From: Macrostomum lignano
Taxonomy: Eukaryota
Assembly (NCBI GenBank): GCA_002269645.1
Contig: NIVC01000180.1
Location: 62,001-126,000 of the forward strand
Direction: 5' to 3'
DNA: 64,000 nucleotides
Shown: piece after piece, positions 39,400 to 50,972 of the stretch
Layout: the number at the start of each line of letters is the position of its first letter
Position numbering within the stretch: position 1 is the first letter of the stretch
The notes under the pieces: generated by a model
Told to the model about the DNA's origin: nothing
What the model saw: the letters and a program-made list of their open reading frames with translations, nothing else
The model's database searches: none
Program-made: the position numbers and the translations under genes

Positions 39400-42300
39400 T
39401 TAACCTTTCGGCTGACGTTTGTATATAACTAGTCGAGCATCTGACGAAATATTTTTCAGCAAAGACGTAGAAGTGCTTAGCTCTGTGGTCATTAGATCGT
39501 CCAGCAAGTAGCATATGTCACTTTTGATGGAAATACATAAGCGACGTAATGACCTTCGTCGACTCGTTCTCCCAGGTGCACAATCACACTTTGGAGGCAA
39601 TAGCGCGATTGTTATAGTCAATTTCTGGCGTTAAATCGAAGCCCACTCGGTTCTTGACAATAGTTGCCTGGCTTCTCAAGAGCCTGTTCACGACGAAGCA
39701 CAGGAGAGGTGGCGCATTTTGAGGAGTTCTGCTATGAACGCAGCTACTTGTCTGACAGGCTGTGCATGTGATGTCATCAGACTCGTCCGGTCGTAGTGCC
39801 GCATTCACAAGCTGAATCAGCTGCTGTCCTTCAACTGGTTGAACCACCACGAATGTTTCATGCAAACTTTCAGTAGTCGCGGCATTATTGCACCGGAGAC
39901 ATAGGGTGGACCCGCCGAGCTAAAATAATAAAGCCAAACAGCTGAGACGGAATTGAAAACATCGATTTAAAGTGCCTGTACTCTCTTACTGCCATCTATG
40001 CTGTACGTGTCCGATCCTGGATTCATATTTGTTTACATGTATTTGCCTCTTTTTACTACATTAGTTCCCTATGATATTGTCGTTTCGAATGGTTTCCGTT
40101 CAAAAAGTAAAGCAAGTTTCTGTACTCGTAAGTGCTTTTTGAAATTTAGAAACGAGAAGTATTACCTGAATTCTAAACTGGCGACGAATAGTCTGCAGCT
40201 TTTGAGAAATGATCACGAAAAATTCAAAGCAGTCGTTATATTCGTTGGTATTTATTTGACCAGCCGTACAGCATTCTTCCAATGCAGTGTTGTACAAATA
40301 TTCGCTGAATCCAGATCCGCTCGAAATGTTGGCCAAGAGTCGTATAAGAAAGGACGAATTCACGGCTGTTTCAGAAAAATTTCTCCCTGACAATGCCGCA
40401 CCAACTGCGTGAAGACTGGCGTTGAACCAACAGAGTTTTCCATTACGATTGGGTAGGCCGAATGGACGATAGCCTGATGTCGATAGCGCCGAAGCTTCGA
40501 CAGTAACAAAACTGGCGACATGATCAGAACAATCAACAAAAGCATGAGCGGCTGGCTCGTTTATCACTGTTGGCAGTGGCGGATCTAGGATTTTATTTAA
40601 GGTGGGCGGTCCAAGTTTGTGGCGCAACATGAGTATGAGGGGCGCCAATTTTTAAGCTAGGGGCGCAAAAAATGCGTGTAGGGGGCGAAAAATCAAGTTT
40701 AAAGGGCACAAACTTAGGTTTTTTTGGGGGGGGGGGCAATATGTTTCATCCAGTTGTTTCGGGGGGGGGCAGTCGCTCCCCCGCTCCCCCCCCCCTAAAT
40801 CCGCCCCTGACTGTTGGTATTCGTGGAAACTCACCATTGCTACGGTTAGCAGACTCACAAGTTATAGATTCATGTGCACGTTCATGACGCCAAAGCTTAT
40901 TTTGTTCGATGCGTTCCTCTCGAGAAAATCCTTTGCGTCGACGTCCCTTATTCGATCGAGAAGCTTTTAAGATTTTGCTGATTCCTACAGGCTTCTCGGC
41001 AACTCGGGGCAATCCAATTTTTCGTCTAACCGCTGCGATATGCGAACACGATTGAGCAGAGACACAAGAACACGAAGCAACGCCGTTGCTAAATGTCACA
41101 ACATTATTTCGTCCGGCAACGTTAGTCACTATGAAGTTACCAAGAGTAGGGTTGAATGAAACTTTATGTTGCTCACTAAGCAAGCTGATCCGTGTCGACT
41201 GTTCGTTGTCGTCTAGATCGACATTAACTCGCACAGATTTGTGGCTAGATTCTCCAACGGGCTGGTGAACAGGAGTACCAGTAGCATCATTGGACAATGA
41301 AGGCCCCGTGCCACCTGACTCATTGCTGTTGCTATCATAGAAACTCATGTTGGGACGTATGACAGTCACTTTAATCGCACCAATTTCTCGAATTTCTCGA
41401 GTCGCTGAAGTCTGAGAGTGCCGGCGTTGAATGTTCGCAGCTATTTGTTCTAACGACAACGATGGAGAGAGTGTTACAGTTTCGGGCGACTGTTGTAGAT
41501 GTTGGAACTCCGGCTTTAGTGTGTAGTTTCCTTGGCCACACAAACCACGAAGAATTTCGTTCCTGTAGTATCGAGAAGTTTGGTAAAGTCCGACAATGCA
41601 GTCATCGATCGTTGCATCCTTGAAGTTAAGCACACGCTTGAGCATTGCGTTTATTGATTCTGATTGGTTCTGAGTTACACCGGTAACTGGGCAGTAGTGC
41701 GATTGTAGAATCCACTTTGCAAAAAATTTAGGGATTAATGGGTGAATTTGATTGTCAAAATAAGCGGCAAAACTTGGATTCCAGTTTTTTTGCAGCTTGC
41801 ATACTGGGCATTGTACTGCTCGATGCTGTCTGTTTCTAGCAGGGAGAGTAGATCTGCTGAAATCATGTCTTCATCAGCCGATGTTCCACCGTTCTTGCGA
41901 ATCCAGAACCGGACGTCCCGCTTCAGATGGTTCCAGCATCCCAAAAATCGGATATTGGGGAAGACAGAAGCCATCGAATTTCTCAGCCCAATTTCTCCAT
42001 TCATAACGCATGCCACATTAGTAGTTGCCAATGCAGGAAGTGAGGATTTCACTTCTTGCCACAAAAGTTTGTGGCGAGCCTCGAGCTTTCGATGGTGAAT
42101 GAGAAAAAAGGCTGGGCAAACCGGATTGTTAATGAAAATTGGTAATCGAATTACAAGAGGTGAGACTAGTGCTCTTGTCATCTCAAATCCAGTATCATAC
42201 GACAATAGCTGATTCCTATCGTCCAACAATAAAATGCGATTTAGCAAGTCCAGAAGCTCAGGACAGCCAGCTGGAATAGCTAAGTCAGGAAACGTCTGGA

Positions 42301-44329
42301 TTGTACGAATGAATCCTGGTAGTTCATTGGCAAGAATGTGAATGTTCATAATTTCGTCTTTTGAAAGCATATTTGGCATAGAGCTCTTAAGGTTCTCGAC
42401 TTGCTTTAGATTCCGAGGATTACGCACTGGGTTGCTGCTCTGACCTAGATAAAGTCGATATGCTTGCGAAGGAGCAAGGGTTGAAAGTTCGGCTCGAAGA
42501 TTGCCGAGCACCGATGGGCTAGTCCGCATAAAAGTTCCACAGTGCTTGCGGTTTCCGTGATACACCATGTTAGCAGGTGGTTGCACTGATGGATTTCCGA
42601 TATAGTGGATCAGTGTCTTGCTGAAATAAGAACATTAGAAGCAGTTAGTATATTAAACTGTCAAAAACAGGATGCTACACCCGATTTTATTCAACATTTT
42701 ATAATTTATATTTACCTTGAATCTTTAGAGCCATTAGAATTAATTAATTGATACGCTTGTCTGATGAACAAGCGGGACATTTGTCCAGAGGTGTCTCTGG
42801 ACAAATAGCGGTACTTATATAGAGTTGGACGTATTCTAAAAAGTTATTATTAATTTTGTCAAAAATTATAATTTGCTAGATTAAATTCGAAAGCGCAAGG
42901 TTTTATATTGTATATATGTAGCTGTAGCATTTTATAAAAAAAAAACATAATATTGTTCTTAAAGAACATACCAGAAACAACTTGTTTGGTCTTATAAGCA
43001 TATCTTATGGCTATGTCAATGTGTTAATGGATTTATGCATATTTCAATAAGTTGATTCTAAAAATAATTTTTATATATTATTTTTGGAGACAAAATGCCA
43101 ATTATTTTAACAAAACTTTTATACTTTTGGATGGAAAAAACGTTTTGTATGAATTTATATGAGGAATTTGTTTATAAATTATATTCTTATTTTATTTAAA
43201 TTAGTTCATGTACTACACTAAAGCCTATAACCTATATTATCTAAAATAATTTTGACTTTGCTAATAATCTAGCCCCACTCAAATACAAGCTTATTTGCAT
43301 AAAAACATTCAGAACAGTCAAAATCAATAGCTTTAATTGTGGCAGCAAGAATGTACACAACTGGCAACACCAATGCAGCCACACTGGAAACCATCAACCT
43401 TATCTAGCTGGGGTGGGGTGGTGCATACCAAGCTAGTCGGCTTGCTAAGTCGGGGCAGGAGGGGGTTGGCAAAGCCTATCATGCCACACCACCTTTTTGC
43501 ACCTCCCTAGGCCCCTCAATCTTGTGCTTTTAGTAATTTTACAAATATACATACAGAGAAGCACAAACTCTTCACTGCCATTTTATCTATTGAAATAAAA
43601 AGACCTTTTGTCTCCAGCTATTGTATACCAACATCATGCACAGGCCTTAACAATTAATCTTATTATCATTTACAAGAGACTATTTTGTAGGAGCTAAAAT
43701 TAGTTTTATAACTTATCAAAGCCTATATTAACACAATCAATTTTAAGACTTTTAATGAAGTATTTATGGGTTAACCAATATTAATATTAAAAAGAAAGAT
43801 TGTGTCAATAATTAAAATATTTATTCAAAAAAGAAAATATAATGCAATGCTAGTAATAAGACATTTACTAATAAAAAATCTGAAAATATCCAGTTTTATT
43901 GACATTAAGCAGCAAGAAATAATGTTTCTATGATCTATCTAGATCATTGGAAGCAGAACCTTGTCACAGGTATACAGAATTTACCTATTTACTAAAATTC
44001 TACATTTAATTTTACATTACATTTTATATTTAATATATAAGATACAGCAAACAAATGCTGTATAACCTAATAGAAACTGTTTCAGTACCATTTGAAATAG
44101 TGCTTTTAGACCAATTGTGTCTGGATGATCAGAATTTTTACCTCGGCAGTCGGTCTCGTCCTCCGTCTTTCCATAAATAGCCATCCGCCTTCCAGTCATC
44201 TGACTCGGACGTCGATTTAGGTTTATACAGATAAAGGGACTCTGTGGGTCTATATACAGGTGAGTCGATAACACAGGCTTGGGAGGAGTGCTCTTTTAAT
44301 AGCTTTAAAGCAATAGCTGTCGATAGCAT
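39400..44329 (-). pseudogene. MULE transposase (possible CG-1-like N-terminus, DDE, SWIM) fused to a USP/C19 peptidase-like domain; frameshifted and MITE-interrupted
   Basis: Putative exon 44329-44142 (DDWKADGYLW) spliced in phase to 42620. MULE motifs LSYDTGF, VMNGE (second D replaced by N), CWNH, TQNQSESIN. SWIM CSC-x4-CSH. USP boxes GLPNRNGKLCWFNASLHAV, NDCFEFF, YCLQSVIVHLG..EGHYVAY, LLDD. Frameshifts near 41785-41791, about 39605 and about 39500. Confidence 0.8.
40574..40809. mobile_element. hAT-like MITE (236 bp) inserted in the MULE ORF
   Basis: TIR CAGTGGCGGATCTAGG / CCTAAATCCGCCCCTG. 8-bp TSD ACTGTTGG (40566-40573 / 40810-40817). Removing it restores the frame RIPTVINEP. Confidence 0.9.
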
Positions 44330-44819
44330 TTAAAACTTTATTAAGAATAATTCATTTCTTGCAATAAAATAAAAATTAAGCTGCTTGACACGCAAGTTGC
44401 TGGCATGCACGTGCAGCCCCCATACGATAAATTTAAATGATGGTAAGTATCAATGTTCGCTCTGATTAAAAAATGTATATATATATATAAAATTATTAAA
44501 ATAGTTATTATTTTACACTAACATCAATCAGTTTTCTCAGCAATCAAACACTGCATTGACAAAAAAGTTATAATGTGTAGCGCTGCTGGGGCGGTGCGGG
44601 GCGTGTTTTAGGGAGACCCTTTTATTAATACTTAATGTGTTACCTCAGCACATTTAAACAAAGCTCAGGGGGTGGTGATTCAATATATACAGTTGCACAC
44701 TTGCCCCAGCCGCTAACTACATGTAGTCTTCGGCGATTTGCTGTGTGGGTGCATTACGAAGGCGATGACACGACAAACAGAACGTCCCGTGGTCTTTTCG
44801 TATTGCCCTTGTTTTGCAT

Positions 44820-46778
44820 CAGGGACTACTCAATTCTCGGGACGGGAAACGGCCAAATCATGCAGAAAAAAGATGGAGGCCGATTTTCTCTGTTCTCTGC
44901 TGATCTTATGTTTTATCGCAAGATCTTCAGCTTTTCACTATGTACACAAAATTTATCCCTCTTCAACTTCCTGTAGCCTGTTTCTACTCAAATAATTTCG
45001 GATAAATGCTAGGAGACATTTTATACAGTACCCCTTTAATACACAAACTCGATGCTTGATAAGCCAAGTGCATCTGTTGTAGAAGTCTATGGGAAACATT
45101 GAAGCAAGAAGTGAAAGCTTGTATTATGTGATGGCCTATAAGGTAAGGACTGATACCATTTTAGCATTAGCGAGAAAACCAAAAGTCCGTCGCGTTTTGT
45201 CTGCCGAAAGAAATTTTAAACCGGACGAGTTGGAAGAATTTCGTAAAATCGACAGTTTGCCAGGCTGGAGCGAGCTCGTTTCTGCACTCAAATCATCAGA
45301 TATCGTTGCTCAACATTCGCTGTTTGTATCGTTATGCAATGAAGAAGTTTATTTGTTTGGTTTGGATTCGAGCGGAGAACTAAAGATCAAGATTTTTATT
45401 TCGTCCAACTTTGCAACTCGTGCTTTTCACTATCATTCGCCGGTTCCGCTGAGAGATCTGCTAGGATTCCAGCCTACATTGAAGTATTTTTCACAACTCG
45501 ATGCCATTATCGTTCGATGCATGAATTTTCAACTGTCTGTTCAGCATGAGTTGAAAGCGATGTCGTCGTCATTTCTTCAAGTGTTGGAATTAGAAAATAC
45601 TGTCATCACGAATCCATCGATACAGTTTTTAATTTCACAACTACAGCTAATTTCTACAAGTCCAGTGAGTCGTCGGTACGACATTGCCACACTAAGGCAG
45701 TCGGCTCTTATCTATTTAATCAGCAGTTCGGCTTACTCTCAACTTCGCACTCTGTTGCCACTGCCACATCAAAGAACTCTCCGTATAAATTTGGCCGGTC
45801 TTGGAGAGATTGGAACTGCAGCCGATTCTGATGAAACTATTCGAACAGTTTTTTCTGCACTTCGCGGCACCCAGCTGAACTGCGTTTTACTATTTGACGA
45901 GATGTACGTGCAGCCATCTGTCAGATTTAGATGTAAACATCTGTTTGGACAAGCGGAGGACGACTCGGCGAAAATTGCTCGGACAATTCTGGCGATAATG
46001 TTGAAGCCGCTAATGGGTGGAAAACCATTCATATTGCGCCTTATACAAATTTTTCTACTCACAGCCGAATTTCTCAAACAGCAACAGCAAAGGAAGGAAT
46101 TCCCGCTGACGCAGAAGCAGCACGAAATGAACCATGCGAATTTACGGAGCTTGTTTCCCGTGGAAAGCTAGCGCATCCACCAGAATGGCTTTTCCAATTC
46201 TCGCGCCTTTGTTATGCTAGCTTCACATCATATTCACCAAGCTGTGCAACCCGTGTGCAACAGATATTCAATGCTATCGCCGAATATTTCTTTCCAGACA
46301 AGGACATTCATACAACTTCGGTGACTCGTCGCCTATCAAACTGCTTTTTCAAAGGACTTGTGCGAAACTGCAAAACTGCAGAACAAACACCAGACGCAAG
46401 TGATCGTAAAATCACAAAGCTACGCAGTTCATCTCGTTTATAAGCGCGATTGATACCGACTTACCATCACATAATACAAGCTTTCACTTCTTGCTTCAAT
46501 GTTTCCCATAGACTTCTACAACAGATGCACTTGGCTTATCAAGCATCGAGTTTGTGTATTAAAGGGGTACTGTATAAAATGTCTCCTAGCATTTATCCGA
46601 AATTATTTGAGTAGAAACAGGCTACAGGAAGTTGAAGAGGGATAAATTCTGTGTACATAGTGAAAAGCTGATGCTCTTGCGATAAAACATAAGATCAGCA
46701 GAGAACAGAGAAAATCGGCCTCCATCTTTTTTCTGCATGATTTGGCCGTTTCCCGTCCCGAGAATTGAGTAGTCCCTG
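44820..46778 (+). mobile_element. Internally deleted P-element/THAP9-like DNA transposon (1959 bp)
   Basis: Near-perfect TIRs of about 315 bp starting CAGGGACTACT. 8-bp TSD TTTTGCAT (44812-44819 / 46779-46786). ORF 45089-46171 has AYSQLRTLLPLPHQRTL and CVLLFDEMYVQPSVRF, typical of P transposases, and is truncated. Confidence 0.82.
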
Positions 46779-47437
46779 TTTTGCATGCCATTTTATGCAG
46801 TTGCAGAGATATGCATGCAAAAGATATGCATACAGAGATAAAGATATGCATATAAAAGAGATATGTATACATGTACATGTATACACAGGGGTGTCGCCAC
46901 CGGGGGACATGTCCCTCTCAATAAAAGCATGGGCCGGGGACCATGCCAATTCTTTGTCCCGCCCCCCCCCCCACCTAACCAATTGTGACCGGTTATAGAA
47001 ATCTATAATTTTGCAAATCGAACGACAAAATATATACATGTATGTAGCGCCTGAGTACCAAAATGATCGTGCCTGCAACGATGGCGACGGCCCCGTATAC
47101 ATACTGTTACGTGCTACACATGTACGTGTCGCCTCAGGAAGAAGGCTTTCGAAAATAAAGATAAATCTAGCTACTCGTGCGCTTCTTCCATGCAGATGAG
47201 CAGTAAAGTAGCATGCTTTTGATGGGTTCGGCCTTTTTAAGCCTATAGCTTCGGGCCTCAGAACTCAGAAATGATCGAATCACTTAGAACTCTGGCCTTC
47301 TCACTTCTGTCAGATGGTCAGCCCCATGGTAGCATGATTGTGGGCGAGCAGCAAGGTCCTATAGCTAGGAGAAGACAGCGAGAGACAAGCAGGGAGAATT
47401 TGAAAGGTAGAGATTAGCTAATCCGCAGATTAACTAA

Positions 47438-48745
47438 CCCGCTGCCACCAGTCCGTGCGCCCCGGCTCACCAAACCGGAGCTATCGAAATCGGACTTCCG
47501 ACTAGAGGGGCACTGCACTTACCTGCCCCTAGTGTCTTTTAGCTGTCTATCTCGAAGTCATAGCCGAATAAAAGGGACGCTGCTGGGACTAAGATCTCAT
47601 TGGCCATGCAGGGACAGAGAGGACTTTTGCAGGGGGTTCTTGCGCTGGCGAGCCTTCATACACTACTAAATGTACTATTTCATTACCAAATTCCCAGAAG
47701 TACATGTATAAGTACACGTAACTGCACGCTTTTGGCGCTAAATGTGTTAACACGTCGACAAATAGCGATGATGTAGATGTATTGTTACTTTTGGAGACCT
47801 TCAGACTAATATTTATCTCGTTTTAGCCGCTTAGCTGCCTGAGACCGCGCGAAGCGCCAGTCTGGCACTTATAATTCGCATGCTTATCATGATTTCTTAG
47901 ATCGACTGATTGACTGGGAACTGTGCCGCTTCCGGTCCACCGTGACCTCTGCCTCTAGATTTAGCCGCTCATCTCAGCTGGCATTGCGAAAAAGAAAGAA
48001 AACGCTAAGTCTTTAACTTCCAGATTTAACTTTCTCACTTAATCCGCAATCCTAAACACTTTAGATTGAGTTAGAGCGAATGGCTACTTTTAATATTAAC
48101 TGACACTTCTGCCTCGAGATTGGCACACAAAAGCAAGTAAGCAAAAGTGCAAATCCTATCAGACTACCTAGGAAGTGGTCAGTCAGACAAAGGGTGCACC
48201 CAGTTAAGCAGGTCAAGAGAGCCTCTCACCAAACCAATCGGAGGATCTATCTGCCGGTAGCCAAGGAATCCACAGAGACCGAAGCGCTCAGATGGGATGC
48301 TGATGCTGATCTTGACTGACGATCGCCGCCGCTACTCTTCACTTGCCGATGGTCGGTGCTGCTTTTGGTTCGCGGCCGGGAAAGACTGGTGACGTCTCCC
48401 GAGGGAAAACTTAGCTGCTGAAGCCGAAGCTGCCGGGGGAAGGGGGACCAGATGCCGAAGGGGCAGCCGGAACAAGACACTAGCAAGTCCGGAAACACCC
48501 GAAGGGTCGGGAACGCAAAATGTTACTCGAGCGCGGGTCGAGTTGCCGTCTTTTATAGCTCTCACGCGGCCGATTTGTTATAACGCACGCCGAATTTTCC
48601 GATTGGCTGAGAGCTTTTGTTAAAATAGGCGCCGAATTTTTTGATTGGTCGAGCCGGGGGCAGTCAGGTCGACTCTGATTGGCTGAGCTCAAGACCCCAA
48701 AACCCACCCCATCAGGTGGCCTTCAGACCCCAGGGAAGTTGACAG
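47438..48745 (-). mobile_element. Putative LTR with adjacent tRNA-Leu-type primer-binding site (boundaries uncertain)
   Basis: Minus strand TGGTGGCAGCGG at 47450-47439. Three CCAAT boxes (about 48600-48685) lie upstream of TATAAAAG (about 48552-48559) on the minus strand. No second LTR or TSD found. Confidence 0.35.
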
Positions 48746-50195
48746 GTGCGGTCATAAATCATAAGCAAAACATAATAAAAGTCACTTGTCTAGACATCCT
48801 GGCGCCAAAAGTGACATCAAAACGCCCATAAATCAAAGGAGAAAGCAACAGAGCGAGTGGGGAGAAAGCTGGAAAGACCTCTTTGACCCAGACAGGCTGG
48901 AGCCAAAAGTGACAGCTAGACGGCCATAAATCACTGAAAACAGTAAAAAATTCACAAATCTGGGGGTCAGAACGAGGTTGAAAACGTTCCTCCCAGACTT
49001 AGTGTCGCCTGTCTAGACTGTTGGAGGTCAATCCATCTCAAACCCAGACAGTCTGACCTTCAAAGGTGCATAAACAATCCAAAATTAGAATCCTACGAGA
49101 AGTACATTGAGTTTCTAACATAACTAATAGTACTGGCATAAATTAGCATAGAACTTAGCCTAGATGAGAGAATGGAGAGAAATTCCTAAGCTAGCCTACT
49201 GACAGTAGGGGAAAAGCGCATCGAAGCAAAATGTGCGGTTCTAAGATTGAAAAAGTTGCGTCCTCATCACTTTGATTCGGAATCTGGATTGCAAAGCCAA
49301 GTCAATTTATAGCTACTGAACATTGTACATGTACATATATAGGCCTACCTTGAAGTGTATAGCCCAGTCCTTCTTTGACTTAGCCATTAATTGGAGTTAG
49401 GCGTTTATAATCTCGAAATTTCACATCTTCGAAATACAGAATCTTCTACAAGCTCTAAAATTCACATGCCCTGTAATTTCAAAAGCTTAAAGTGAATTGA
49501 AGTTGGTAAATAATCAATAAACTTTTCTACGATTATACATGCATGCATGTACATGTTTATGAGGCTTCAAGCTTGTGAAATCGACCAAAAATTTTAGTTT
49601 TCTATGATGTGATGAATTTTTGTTTTGAGCTAATTGGAGTTTACTAGCGGTCTTCGATCAACGTTTTGAAATTTCGAGCTTGTAAAATTAAGCGACCCAT
49701 CAATCATCCACGTACAGTACTACTCGTATGCCAACTGGCTATCAATGATCAAGTCGAATGGTTCATGCAACGCTTGCTGATTCCCAGATCCCAGGTCCCA
49801 GATCCCTCACACTGAGTGAGGCGCAGGTGGCTGTCAAATCCGCTCATAAACAATGATTTATGACCCCAAAAGTAGCGAAGACCGCGCCTATGTTATTATG
49901 ACTACAGGTATGGAGAAATCATATAGCTACAAAGATCCTACTGGTATGAATTCTAGGAAAATTACATAGAAATGAGAAAAATGCCCATAGCCTGCTGTTA
50001 GTAGGCTAACAAATTTGGAACCCATTTGCGAGCGTGAAATTTGAAAAAAATGCGTCCTCATCAATTCGTAGAAGTATTTGCTACTTTTTATATCTTATGG
50101 GAGTGGAGACTTATAAAATACGGATCGGGTCAGATTCAGGATCCGAGATCCGTATAAGATAAGCAATTAATTGATTATAACAAATCAGCAATGAT

Positions 50196-50282
50196 TAGGC
50201 GTCAGAACGGGGGGTGGGGGCGAGCCATGGCTCATGGGGGTACCAGCCCCCCGCCCCCAATTTTGAAAAGTTCCGACGCCTA
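50196..50282. mobile_element. Small MITE-like inverted repeat (87 bp)
   Basis: TAGGCGTCAGAAC ... GTTCCGACGCCTA; no clear TSD. Confidence 0.45.
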
Positions 50283-50972
50283 TGCCCAGTGCCAATCCTT
50301 CAAAAAGGTGCTCGAGTGACTCTGCGTCACTGTACCTCTGCAGCTTATACATACATGTGTACGGTGCTGCAAGATTGCAACTGCTGTTTTCATGAGGTTG
50401 CCTCCAAGGACTGCTGTATACATGTAGCAAATGCATACATGTAGCTGCTGATGTCTGAGGCAATGTGTGGCAGCAGCAAATATGCAAAATTGCTCTCTAT
50501 TGTCAGTCTTTCACAGCATAGCAGTGTCAACTGGAGTTGAAGCTTTACAAGTATTTACTACTTAACTGTTAAGTTTTGAACTTATCCGGTGCGAGGGAGT
50601 GTCACAAATTGCATTTATTATAGTCTCTTCTTATTGAGACACGTACCCTACATGTTTCATTTTTTCAGATAAAAGAATTCAAAAGTTGAAGAAATTGCCT
50701 TATTACATTGTGCTTTACATGTACATGTACATTTACAGCAGTACATGCACATATGTAACGGGACTTAAGCTACAATTGTCCCATAATATGGTATACACGC
50801 ACTTTACACGGTACATTGTATCAGATGCTTTTTTCGATAGTTCCTGCATATAAATTTATCAACTAAAATGTACGCGTGTATGGCTAGCTATTCATTTTCT
50901 TGGGGTGTTTTTTGCTGTCCATCATTTTCAGTATGTTCCTATCGACAAGAGCTCGAGTAGTCAGTTGAGTAA

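Larger units (their letters stand above)
37252..44619 (-). mobile_element. Mutator-like (MULE) transposon, 7368 bp, degenerate
   Basis: About 53-bp TIR starting GGGTCTCCCTAAAACACGCCCCGCACCGCCCC (1 mismatch). 9-bp TSD TTTTATTAA (37243-37251 / 44620-44628). Contains transposase coding remnants. Confidence 0.9.

Noticed and set aside
48750-49870. Short inverted GGTCATAAATCAT motifs suggesting a TIR element
   Set aside because: Match too short and no TSD identified.
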